A stretch of 62,944 bases of DNA, filler included, from Sphacelaria rigidula (taxonomy: Eukaryota), in NCBI GenBank assembly GCA_964200075.2. It is 7 parts of 7 records of this genome, joined end to end, with 100 filler letters (N's around TTAATTAATTAA, not from the genome) between each part and the next. Parts side by side here need not be neighbours in the genome. Positions count along the whole stretch, not along the records: positions 9,009 to 17,916 come from CAXNAA020009784.1; positions 18,017 to 26,922 come from CAXNAA020009785.1; 5 more parts are not named here. One strand, given 5' to 3'. How positions within the stretch are numbered: the first letter of the stretch is position 1; each line of letters begins with the position of its first letter. The notes beneath the pieces are model-generated. The model worked only from the letters and a program-made list of their open reading frames with translations. It was not told where the DNA came from and searched no databases. Of the stretch, positions 9,515-20,646 are shown piece by piece. Made by a program: the position numbers and the translations under genes.

Positions 9515-12500
9515 GGGGGGGACTCATTCGTTGCTTGCCTTAGTCATTTGACCATTGCCCACGCATGCCCTTCGAGACGGAGCACCGTTTCTACTCCTGA
9601 TATATAGATACACCTCCAACGTTGGGGCGCTCAATACCTTTCTTCGATACACTGCACAAAAACCCAGTACATGTCTTATCCCCTTCAGCGCGCGGGGGGG
9701 TAGGGATGAGAAGATCGCCTAATGCTCGACACTGATGTCCACCCCTGGAGCGGAGCATGACGATGCAACATGGAATGGTCTCAAGGTACTCGTAACTCTG
9801 AACCGCTACATTGGGTTACCGACCCAACCCCCAGGTAGAAGAACAGATGAAGCTTTTTGGTGCCTTTCATGGATTATCATCTATAATAGGGGTAAAGCAA
9901 AAAAAACAAAACCCTGTGGGTTCTGCCCGAGGGGGAAGAGGGTGAGGGGTACTCATAATCATGCATGCCATAGTCATAAGACCATTGGCCTCGCATCCTT
10001 ACAATGCCGGGACGGAGCACGCCGGGTTTTAGCCGGACCAGGCTTGCACTCAAACCAACAAGCGCGAAGCGCCGTGGTGTGTTCGGCGAGTCGCATGAAG
10101 GGTGAGCTATATCCTGCTAAGATTGTTCGGCCCGAAGCCTACTGATGATCTTGCATGACAGCCAACAATGAGTTGCTTTATTCTGTGGTATCGCCACTTC
10201 CAGAGACAGCCACAGCTTTTACACTGCCCCATGGGTGTCTAACCAGAGGGGTAGGGGGGTACTCATTTGCTGCTTGCCTTAGTCGTTTGACCATTGACCA
10301 CGGGGAGTTTGCTCATGATCTTGGATGCCCTAGCCATATGACCACTGACTTTCGCATCCCCAAGAAGCCGGGACGGAGTACACCGGGTTTTCATCAAAGC
10401 AGGCTCGCAATCAATCAGCAGGGGAGGGGTACTCGTGATCATACATGTCGTAGTCATGAGACGATTTACCTCGCATCCCTACAAAGCCGGGACGGAGCAC
10501 GCCGGGTTTTGGCCGGACCAGGCTTGCAATCAAATCACCAAGCGCGACGCCGTGTATGTGCTGCATCCTGCCAAGAGTATTTGGCCCGAAGCGTAGTATT
10601 ATATTCATTGTACATATGAATGACAGCCTCGAATGTGTTGCTTCGAATTTTGGCATCGCCGTTTCAAGAGACAGTCACGGGGCACACTTGGAAGAGGGAA
10701 ACGTACTCATTCGTTGCTTGCCTTGGTCATTTGACCATTGATGACGCATCCCTTTCAAGACGTAGCACTGGAAATAGGGGAGGGGGTTACTGTGCTGGGG
10801 TTGTAAAGTTATAAAACTTACGTGCAACAGCGACTGCTGCGGAGGGTGAAACCGTAACGATTTTCCCGACAAAACCACAAACAGCGTATATTCAGCATCA
10901 TACGTGTGTAACCTGAATGAATAGCTACCAACATCATCGCGCCAGGCCAATCCGGACCGGCGTATGCGGGTATGCTCTACCCTGCCGAAAAGGTTAATGT
11001 AGTCGAATGCAAGAGGCACGTATTTACCGCCACGTTTTCTTCACCTCCCAAGGCATGCATACACACACATACATACACACAACCACACAGCCCAGACAGA
11101 CAGACAGACCAATATAATCTTCGAAGGTGCCATGAAAAAGTGGACAAAAAAAAGTTAAAAAAAAAAATGCAAAACGTTGGAGCGAAGCCTTGAAACTTTT
11201 CCAACATGACTTTCCCATCACACCATCCAACATGAAGTAGTACACCCGCGCATATGCACATGGCAACTCACCAGGATCTGCTTCAGCCGAGAGCGAGCAT
11301 AACGCGTCCCAACAAACCCATCAAGCGTCGCCCTCATCAGAGGTGTAAGCCACTCAGGAAACCCCGGGGCCGCTGCCCCTACCCCCCCCGCTCCCTGTGC
11401 TGCTGCCGCCCCGACTCCCCCACCGGCGGCGGCCGCCGCCGCCAATCCACTAACGCCCACATCCCCTGCGCCGCTGCTGCCAGCACTTCCGCCTCCTCTC
11501 CAAGACTGCGGGTCGCGGCCGTGACTCTTCCTTTGTCTCAATCCTCCGCCTCCTATACCGCTGCCGCCAATACCCCACACCAAACCGCCGCCGCCGCCGC
11601 CAGGCGGGTGATCTTGTTGGTTGGGGCGCAAATAGGCATTGGGATGATTGTTGGGCTGCATATTGTGATTGTTGTTACCCACTAGTCCCATGCCCATGCC
11701 CATGCCCATGCCGGCGCCGGCGCCGACGCCTCTGGGATAGTGGTTGGGGTGTATGATGCTATTGCTGTTTTGGGCGGTGGCAGCAGCGGTGGCGTTGGAC
11801 AGGATGCCCTGCTGTCTTTCGAGGAATCTAGCGCCCGCGTCTAGGCCGGCTTCTTCTCGCTTCTTTTCTTCCCGCCTAGCTCTATCGCGCTCTCGTCTCC
11901 TCTGTTTTTTATTCGAGGCCGGGGGGGTTGTTGAGTAGCCACAACATGAACAATTTACACGTGCTATTCTAGGGTGCACAGTGCTCAGGCGTCAAACAAG
12001 CTCACTCTTGCGGGTGACAAACTGACCGACAATAATTAATCTACATCAATAGGGGGGTTGTTGTTATTGTAGCTGTCATGGTTGGGGGCGGGGACCGGGA
12101 CGGGGACGGAGGTGGGGACGAGGGGTACTCATCTGTTGCTTGCTATAGTCGTCTGACCATTGACCATGCATCCCTTTCAGGACGGAGCACCGCTCCTACT
12201 CTTGATAGAGACACTTCCAACATTTGGTCCTTTCGTGACCTTGCTCTCCGCCCATGCCCGCTTACGTTTTCGGGTCTTGAAACCAAAATTCTTGGCCAAT
12301 ACAGATATCACGTGGTTCATGATGTGTACTAAAAAAGTTGGAAAAACTCGAAGTGGTGAGCATACACGCTCAGCATTCTCTGTGTACACTGAGACAACTG
12401 TGATAGCATTTCGTAACTTTGCACCCCAAAAAATGTGTACGCGGTGGCAATCGAATAAATACTCTACTGAACAATCAACATGATACCCCGTGAGTGTACA

Positions 12501-12980
12501 GGATGGGGTGAACCCAGCCCGTAACCCGGTGGTGTGAGGGTACCCACATTTTGTGCCAGTCATCAACATGCCCATCGTGAACTCAAGTGGTCAGCAGTCA
12601 GCACCACCCTCGAAAAAGTGTACGGGTATTCTAGGCGTATGACTTATCGGGGTACGCTGTGACGGAATGCTTTCGAGCGGGTATACTACATCCTGTTCTC
12701 GCAATGAACTGCACTGATTTCAACTAGAAAACAATGCTCTACACCCAGGCAGGAGACCACGCACTTCGAAGAATATGCTCGCCTTTGCCAAGTCATCATC
12801 CGAACACCCCCCTCGACCCCCTCCCGACCCCCTCCCGACACCCCCAGCACGATATTTTTAACGGGCTCAGCACCAACGCTGAGACTGAAGGTCACCGAGC
12901 ACGGGCCATGCCGCCCCCCCCCCCTCCTTTCTTCAATGGTCGTATGACTATGGCATGCATGATCATGAGTACACCCCTCC
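9515..12980. repeat. Cluster of at least 8 copies of a short (~80-130 bp) GGGGTACTCAT-headed repeat
   Basis: Copies start near 9519, 9946, 10255, 10302, 10426, 10703 and 12122 (+), with one at ~12890-12978 (-). Shared core TAGTCAT..GACCATTG..CGCATCCCT..GGACGGAGCAC. Another copy at 54797-54925 (-). Confidence 0.8.
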
Positions 12981-13564
12981 TTTCATCACATCTGACAAAG
13001 ACCACCACACACACACTTTTTCTCCTCTCTTGCACCGGGGGAGAGACTGGTTGATCCCCTGAGACCACGGACTCATCCTGATCCCGCGGAAGGGGAGGGG
13101 TTCAAAATGCGACAAAAAAAAAGAATGACACACCCGTAACTTGTCCCCAATTTCGGGGAGGAGTCGGTTGTTTCAATGGGCCAACAAGCCATCTCTTCCC
13201 CCATACCGTTTACCTGAAAATTCGTTCCCGGGGGTCAGACCAGCACTACTTTCGCATCCCGTCGGCTCTCGTCGAATTCCTTTTTACTACTCGCCTCCTC
13301 AAGGTTTCAACGACGCAAACAAGACTCTGTTCCGCAAGATTACCGCAGCACATGCCGGGAGTCGGACCGCAACCCTCCGACGCTTATAACCGGCTACTAC
13401 TGTACCAGCCAAGAGACCACACGGGGGCCCGGCGGCAACGAATACACTACACCACAAAAAACCGTCGACACTGCCTCCCCCCACCGCAAAAAGCAGCATA
13501 GCAATGTCCCCTTGGTAGTTTTATATCGATATCGACACCATAAATAGACCTCACACACAGCAAT

Positions 13565-13658
<94 letters not shown>

Positions 13659-16600
13659 GAAAACACCAATCACATACGGGCGGTTAAACAAAATCCCCTC
13701 CTCCAACACAAACAACAACCCGAACACATTCTCACGTACCTGCCTCACCAATGCGGCCTTCGTCCGCTTCTCCTTCTCCCTCTCCTTCTCCTTCTCCTTC
13801 TCCGCCTCATCGCTACTTCTACTGCCCACAGCACCCTCTCCCTCTCCCCTCGTCTCACCCCCCCCCTGTTTGTTCCCCTGCCCCTTGGCCGCCTGTCTCT
13901 CCCATGACGTCGACGGAGGCGACCCTTCCGTGCCCACTGGGGACGTCGACGTGATTGTCTCCGCGGCTTGCTGAGCAAGATCCTCCGGTGAATGGTTGGC
14001 CTCTCTTCCTCGGGAGCGGGTACCATCACCACAACTACCGGTGTCGCCAGTGTTGTTGGAATCCTCCCCCTTTCTTCTTTTTGCTGGTGGTACTGCTGCG
14101 TGCTCTCCCGAGCTGCCTGCGTTGCTGCTGCTGCTGCTGCTGCTGTCGCTGGCGTTGCCTAACGACGACTGATTCTTGGGATCGACGGTGTGAGACTTTT
14201 GCTGTCTCTCTCTGTTGCTGCGGCGTGTCGGTAGGCCAGGATCTCCAATCGGCGCCCGTTGCGCCTGGAGAGGGCGAGAGCGAGGAATAGAAGACAGGAG
14301 ACAAGAGACAGACAGACGCAGAGACAGACCGATGAATGGGAAGGCGAAATGGGGGTGCAGGGGGGGGGGGGGGAGACAGTCATGGGAGACAAGCGAACAT
14401 AACGGCGTACAGAGAGACGGAGAGACAGAGAAGCGGAGAGACAGAGCAAAAAGTTCTCCAGAAAAATAGACAAGGGCAACAGTTAGACACACGTCAGGTT
14501 GACTCAAAATAAAATAAAAACTAAAGCATGAGCGGGAATGTAGGTGACCCCCTCAACCCGGTCCATTTTTTATATACTGGATACCGGCTGTCAAAAACTC
14601 ATGGAACGGCTCAGTGAGGTATGAGATTTGCACCCTTATTGCTCACCCTCAAACGTCAGAAAACGGTCGGACGAGGGAGATCCCAAAACGAAACACCCTT
14701 TTGCCGATGAACAAAAGTAACATATGAACGGATAAATAGTCATGTTTTCGGCTTTCATCGTTCTCCAAGTCCGCTGGATTAGTTTCATACGTGCACCAAC
14801 AGGGTCCCGTTGGCTACCGAGGGTTCCTCCAATCCCATAGTTCATAAAAATAGTTTGACCCCAACAGTGCGACGGACAAAACATGTCTGCGTATCTGATG
14901 TCGAAAAACGCTTATAACCTATCAAGAACTTCAGCGTTGGAACAAGCGCGTTATCTTCAATCAGCCATCATCCCAATTTCAATTTACTTTGTTTTTGTAC
15001 TTGTCAAAAGTTACCCGGTGATGTTAGATCATTCGATGTCTGAGCATAAATACCGGAGTAATACGTGTACCCTGTCCACAATTTCACGTTCGAGGCCGCC
15101 ACTCATCTTTGCGCTTGTATCATCATCCGTACCTTCCATACCTGACTACTACACTGAATACACTTCATCACTGCATTTGTCATCTTCCATACCTTACTAC
15201 CTCACCATAGGCATATCAAAAGTGCGATGTGTGGGACGTCGCTGGTCCCCTGGGTACGCCGACCCGCCCCCGCCCCCCTCCGTCAATTATACACTTGCTT
15301 TTGTATCTACTCTGCTGCCCTGAATCCCTGGGGCTTCTTCCGTTTTTTCCCTTCCTTTTTTTTTACTCTTTTCTTTTCTTTCATGTTCCGTTTTGTTTTT
15401 TGGTCGGCCATTTCTTCCTGTGCCTTGCTTTTGTTGACTTTGTATTATCATTATTTTTTTCACGTCTTGTTCAGCTCTTTTTGCTCTTTCTTTTTCTACA
15501 GCGAGTGTTTCGGTTTTGTTTTCTCTTGGGTACGGGGGGTCAGTTCTAGTGCGACAATCAATGAATATTAAAGAAAAAAAACTCGACGATAGTCAGCATC
15601 CAGACATCTATCCGAGACCAACGAATGCAAGAGCACACGGAACCGATATTTTCCATCAACATATCCATCATGTCATGCTATGGCTACTCGTCTCTACACA
15701 TACGTCATGCGCCATACTACCTCACAAAGCCCGTGAAGTAAAATGTACCCTTGTCCCCCCTGGAGCAAGCACTCCACATGGCTGTGGTCTACAAAATGGG
15801 GCGCGAGCAATGTTTACCGTGATGACGATATAGATACCATCATGATCCAACGGCGCGGGTTAGGTACAGTACACCCCCCTCTGCCCCGTAAAAATGCATG
15901 CCGACATCATCTCCGTCACCTGCTGCCCTTCAACACTTCTCAAAGAAGTCTCGGACACAAAACACTATCTTTGTCCTCAGCCACTTCGCCTCGTATATCT
16001 TCTACCCTCACCTCCATCTCTCTAGATACCCTCGATGCCGCCCTCCTTCGTTGTGTCGCACTCTCCCAATCTTGCGTCGTCGTTGCCGCACCCGCCGAGG
16101 GTGTTGCTCGAGATCCGCTGATACTACCGCTGCTTTCAGCGCCACTATCGTCAGCACACTCTCGTCTCGTTCTTCCTCCCCGTCTTTCCGACGATCGCGC
16201 ACCGACAACAACCACGGATGTAGCCGGGGTCGTCAACGCGGAATCAGCGGTGGCGGTGGCGGTGGCGGAACTTCCCGCACTGCCGTGTCCCGTTGTGGAT
16301 GGAGTCGACGAACCCGCAGACTCACTACTTCTCCTATTCCTATCGCGCCTACAGCCGTCGCTGCTACTACCTGACCCTCCACTTCGTGCTGCTGCCGCTG
16401 CTGCTGCCGCTGCTGCTGCTGGTTCCGATCCGCCATCCACGGCTATCGGTTGCTCTCTTGCTCGTTCTGCTTTCACATCGCTAGGCTCAGACCTCGCTGT
16501 GGCGGGTACGTCATCATCACCGTCTTCCCTGTGGTCTTGATTCATCTGCGCTACTCCGCCGCTGTCCCCATTTACCTTTCCCCTTTCACGGTTCGCCGCC

Positions 16601-17320
16601 CCAGCTGTAACTGCCCCCGAGACTCCACCTTTTCCCGCCCTGCCCGCTCTCGGTGAACTGCGCCGCTGAGCAACGCCATTCCCCTTGTCACACCCATCTC
16701 CTCCTCGACCTATGCCACTACTACTCGTTGCTGCTGCTGCGGCCGGCGCTGGTGCCGTTCCATTTATCGGTGACTTTGTGGAGGATGATGCACTGTTGTT
16801 TATCCCGCCGTCCTTCTTGCCGGTGACGCAATCTCTGCCAGCAGCAGTATTGGGCATCTTACTGCCGGTACCGCCGTCTCCCTTTGCCGCCTCAGCTGGT
16901 TCTTGCTGCGGTCGGCGTCCTCCTTGTCCTCCCTCTTGTTGTTCCCTTCCGCTACTGGTCGTTTCGGCGATTGTTGTCGCTGCCGCCGATAGAGCAGCGG
17001 AGCCATTTGTGGAGGGTACCGGGGGTGCGGTGAAATCCGGGGCCGGGGCCGGGGCCGGAGCATCGGTAGCGGCGGCGGAGGCGGCAGCGGCGGCGGAAGG
17101 GGACGAGGAGGCAGCATTGTGGGAGGTTGGGAAAGACAAGGATGGTGAGGAACCACCCTCACCTCGTGGGGAGCCAGAGCCGCGCCTGTCCAAGCTTCGC
17201 GATGATCTCGGCGTCAGCACTGTACCCGGCAGTTGCTGTGCCTGAGGATAGACAGCAGAAGATGAAGCGCCGTCGGGGGCAAGTACGTGTGGTGTAATAG
17301 CGTGGACAATGTTTACTTTT
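11272..17320 (-). CDS. Partial multi-exon gene; large low-complexity (Ala/Ser/Gly-rich, probably disordered) protein of unknown function
   Basis: Exons ~17320-16012, 14264-13740 and 11901-11272 have GT-AG boundaries and join in phase 0 (..SREME|AQRAP..AALVRQ|RRRERDRARREEKKREE..RSRLKQIL). The acceptor of the first exon and any exons near 10820-10982 are unresolved. Confidence 0.75.
13565..13658. repeat. (AAC)n microsatellite, ~31 units, intronic
   Basis: Uninterrupted AAC/CAA run, directly visible. Confidence 0.98.
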
Positions 17321-17916
17321 CTCGGGGTTCGCAAAAAAATGTCAGGATATGTAACGCAGAGTAGAGCACAACACAGCAGTACACGGTTTTCCAGGACCCG
17401 GAAAACCGCGAAAAAAAATAGATATTAAGCACCCCGAATTCTTCAGCAAGGGCTTCGTCAACCCTTTTTGACTGCGCAGATCTCACTCAATGTCTGCCAC
17501 TGAAGGAGGCATGTGCACATTGCATTTCATCTCGATATATACAGTACACATACTTCCTCTGTCCCATAAGTAAAGGTACCTAAAATGTACGGGCACTTGA
17601 CGATGTCCGATTTTTTTGTTTATATAATGAACTCTACGGTGTTTTTTGGGTTCAGAAAATGTGTTTCAAATTTGCAGCTCGTGCTTGAACCATGCCGCCG
17701 AACGGCTGCAAAAAAACTAGTCGGCCCACAAATGGCCGTTTTTTGCCCCTTTCCGAGGGAAAAAAAGTGTCGATTTTTAATTTTTTAATTTTTTTAAAAA
17801 TCGCCCTCGCCTTCACTAGGGCTTGCTGCCAGGAAGTCCCACGCGATTAAAAAAAATCAGAAAAAAAAAACGACACTTTTTTTTTCTCTTTATGGAGCAA
17901 ACAACGAGACCTTCGG

Positions 17917-18016
17917 NNNNNNNNNNNNNNNNNNNNNNNNNNNNNNNNNNNNNNNNNNNNTTAATTAATTAANNNNNNNNNNNNNNNNNNNNNNNNNNNN
18001 NNNNNNNNNNNNNNNN
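17917..18016. other. Artificial contig spacer
   Basis: N44-TTAATTAATTAA-N44. Confidence 0.99.
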
Positions 18017-18099
18017 CAAAACCATGCACTTGTGGGGGGGGGGGGGGCTATCGTAGAAAGTGTCTACGATTTGAAGAATGCAAAGATTGGGTGAAAAAT

Positions 18100-19200
18100 A
18101 GCCTTGGAATTCGTTATTTCGATCTCGGAATAATTTGACGGGCGCTGATTGGTCAAGGATCTTTTCGCACTTAGCGCTTCCATCATGGCCTTAAACTCAA
18201 ATCCGGCTATATCACGCTCTTCACCTGTCCATGGCGGTCAGTATGATATCATGTATGCGAATATCGGGTAGGTATTGCGAAAAGCATTTGCTAATGATGC
18301 CAAGTGGATAAAGAATGTCACCCTAGCTGCTCGAGGCAGAAGCGTGATGACATTCCCAGGATCAAGCACTCTCTTAGTATGCTTGCTGGTTGATGTATTT
18401 GCAGGGATGTTTATCTAGCAAAATGCACGAGGGTAGATAACAGCCTCGTAGTAAAACGAAGGAATGCAACATTGTACACGCAGAATTTACTTAGAAGTCT
18501 CGTTCCTGGGGGCTCAGACACCAAAGAAGGGAACAGCTGAAGACGTATCAGATGCGGGAAGAAGTGTTGAATCAATCCTCCACTGTGCTTGTTGGGAATC
18601 CCTAGATCGGTGACTGGGTGTCAGGATGGGAGCTCGTGCAAAAGACCTGTCATTCGATCCCAAGACGTGTCTTCACTCAACGTCATAACTCATCTAACGA
18701 TCCCACTTCGAGCAAGCTGTCAAATACGTACACATTTTACCTTCCAACTCTTATAAATCAACGTCATCAAACAAGATAGCGAACAGCGACGTACTTGTTT
18801 TCCAAACGTGACAGCAGGGCTAACAGTTGATCGAGATGCCGCTCAAATATTCGCCTGAGATATACATTGCTCGTACCCGCTGATCATGCCAGAAACAACT
18901 CAGCAACTGCAACCCTTATCACACAACATATGGCTCTCATAGATGAAAGACGTGTAGACCACGATAAAGGACGAAAGTGCTGCACCCACACCTTCTCCCG
19001 CACCACAAACGTGTAGATCAAACAGTCCTAAACGTTGAAGTATTCGGGCACATGAAGGTGCACGGGTACTCACCAAGACAGATGCAAAGGCACTACATGC
19101 AAAGGCACTACCATGACCAGTCGAATGTAGAGATCGTCACGGAGGATCCGAAAAAAAAATACGTGTACATTCCATCGGAACGAGGATTAATATCCCCGTT
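18100..19200 (-). mobile_element. Possible very old CACTA/Plavaka-like transposase relic
   Basis: Fragments VTISTFDW..GEYPCTFMC and IQHFFPHLIRL..SEP resemble the D-x-P..G..CxxC and HxxxH..E motifs of this group. Riddled with stops. Confidence 0.3.
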
Positions 19201-19699
19201 ATTATTGTCATGCTGAGGAGAAATTACCATTTTTTCAAGAAATTCAGTGTATGTTCAGCTTCATCGTCGAAAATAATGTGCAAGCAGCCCGCCAAGGCAT
19301 CTTCTCTATACAGCACAGAGTTGGCACTAATGGTCACACACCTCACTCATCAGTATAATCCGATAATCAATACCCGTCAGTAGGAGAGACGCTTCCCATG
19401 AGGATCAGATATTGAAAACAGAAACACGTATGACACCGCACAATTTTGGATGATGCGCATGAACGAGCCTTGAGCCGTCCTGCCAACCCTAGGGTTCACA
19501 CCTACCATCATCAGCAATTATTTGATGGCACCCTTTTTTTCTGATTGCACCAGTTTTTTATTAAAATAGAATAGGCGTTGGTACAAATCCGGAAGGTTGG
19601 GTCGCTCGTCGGGCGACCTTATTCCATGTACTTGGGTTTTCAAACCCCAGTCCAATGGATAACACCTCTCGCCTAACTGTGAAGAAAGCCGATCAATTC

Positions 19700-19958
19700 G
19701 CCGATTCACCCAGAGCCTGGCAAAGATGATGACGGCCATCGCCGAAATCTGTGCGATGTTTAGCCTCGTCGTGTCGGAAAAGAAAACGATAATCATCCGC
19801 ATGCGCCCCCCGAGTATGAAGGCGGATGTGGTGGACGTAGAGGCAAGGGGCCAAAGGTACACGCAAGTTGAGCCTTTCGTCTATCTCGGTGGTAAATTAG
19901 CACTATCAGCGATGCCATCCCTTCACAACCGCAATGCCCAGGTCTGGGCGTGCTTCTA
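19700..19958 (+). mobile_element. RTE-like LINE reverse transcriptase remnant (5' piece, split by the Copia insertion)
   Basis: LAKMMTAIAEICAMFSLVVSEKKT..VEARGQRYTQVEPFVYLGG..WACF, typical of the non-LTR RT region after YADD. Confidence 0.85.
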
Positions 19959-20530
19959 CAAGGATTTGCTGTGTATACCCTGAAGTGTCGCAGGGGTTAG
20001 CGTTGGTAGCTGGTAGGCTTTCCACGTAGCAAGCGAGAGATAGATAGTGAAGACCTTTGCATTGATAGTACCCTGAGAAGAATGGTAGAGTGGGCAAGGT
20101 GTCCTGTATTCTATGTAGAAATAAGTACAGTTACGAGCGTACCGTACGAGTCGTAACCGAACATACCGCAATTCCAGTTATCCCGCAAGTCTTCATTCAG
20201 TCAATGCTACTTGCCATTGTTTTCCTGATACTCCCCCTCATTGAAAGTCGCATATGCTACGATACAATCCCATATTAATTTCGGCCAACTCCTTACTATC
20301 TAACATCAGCCATTCACTCGAAAAACTCGAAGAATATTCACTGTAAAAATCAACTCAACGAAAAACATTCCAAACGTGAACACGAGGGCAACATTCGAAG
20401 ATCATAGTGCCTGACTACAACTTAACATCCATCCAATATCTGCGTTATGGTCTGCGCTTGAGTTTTCTTGATCGAAATATTTTTCAGCCAAGTCTTGATT
20501 TTCCGGTTCTCTTGCATGTTCTCGTCAATT

Positions 20531-20646
20531 GCGCACGGGTGGCCACCGGGGTGCGTGTGAGCTGAACTTTGGACGTTACAGACCTCGTGCAAAGTCTGTA
20601 ACGTCCAAATTTCAGCTTACAGGCACTCCAGTGACCACCCGCGCGC
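20531..20646. repeat. 116-nt near-perfect hairpin (small MITE-like insertion) at the end of Copia pol
   Basis: ~53-bp inverted arms (GCGCACGGGTGG..GGACGTTACAGAC / GTCTGTAACGTCC..CCACCCGCGCGC) with a 10-nt loop. Confidence 0.85.

Noticed and set aside
10930..10980. GPDWP motif suggesting a DHHC palmitoyltransferase
   Set aside because: Only five residues, in a frame with a weak acceptor; no transmembrane run or DHHC motif follows.
9515..12980. CRISPR-like repeat-spacer array
   Set aside because: Repeats are long, diverged and irregularly spaced, in eukaryotic intron context, with no cas genes.
13397..13669. Poly-Val/Leu/Cys ORFs
   Set aside because: Translations of the intronic (AAC)n microsatellite.
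15743..17245. Plus-strand ORFs of 265, 158 and 186 aa
   Set aside because: Antisense shadows of the GC-rich minus-strand exon 16012-17320.
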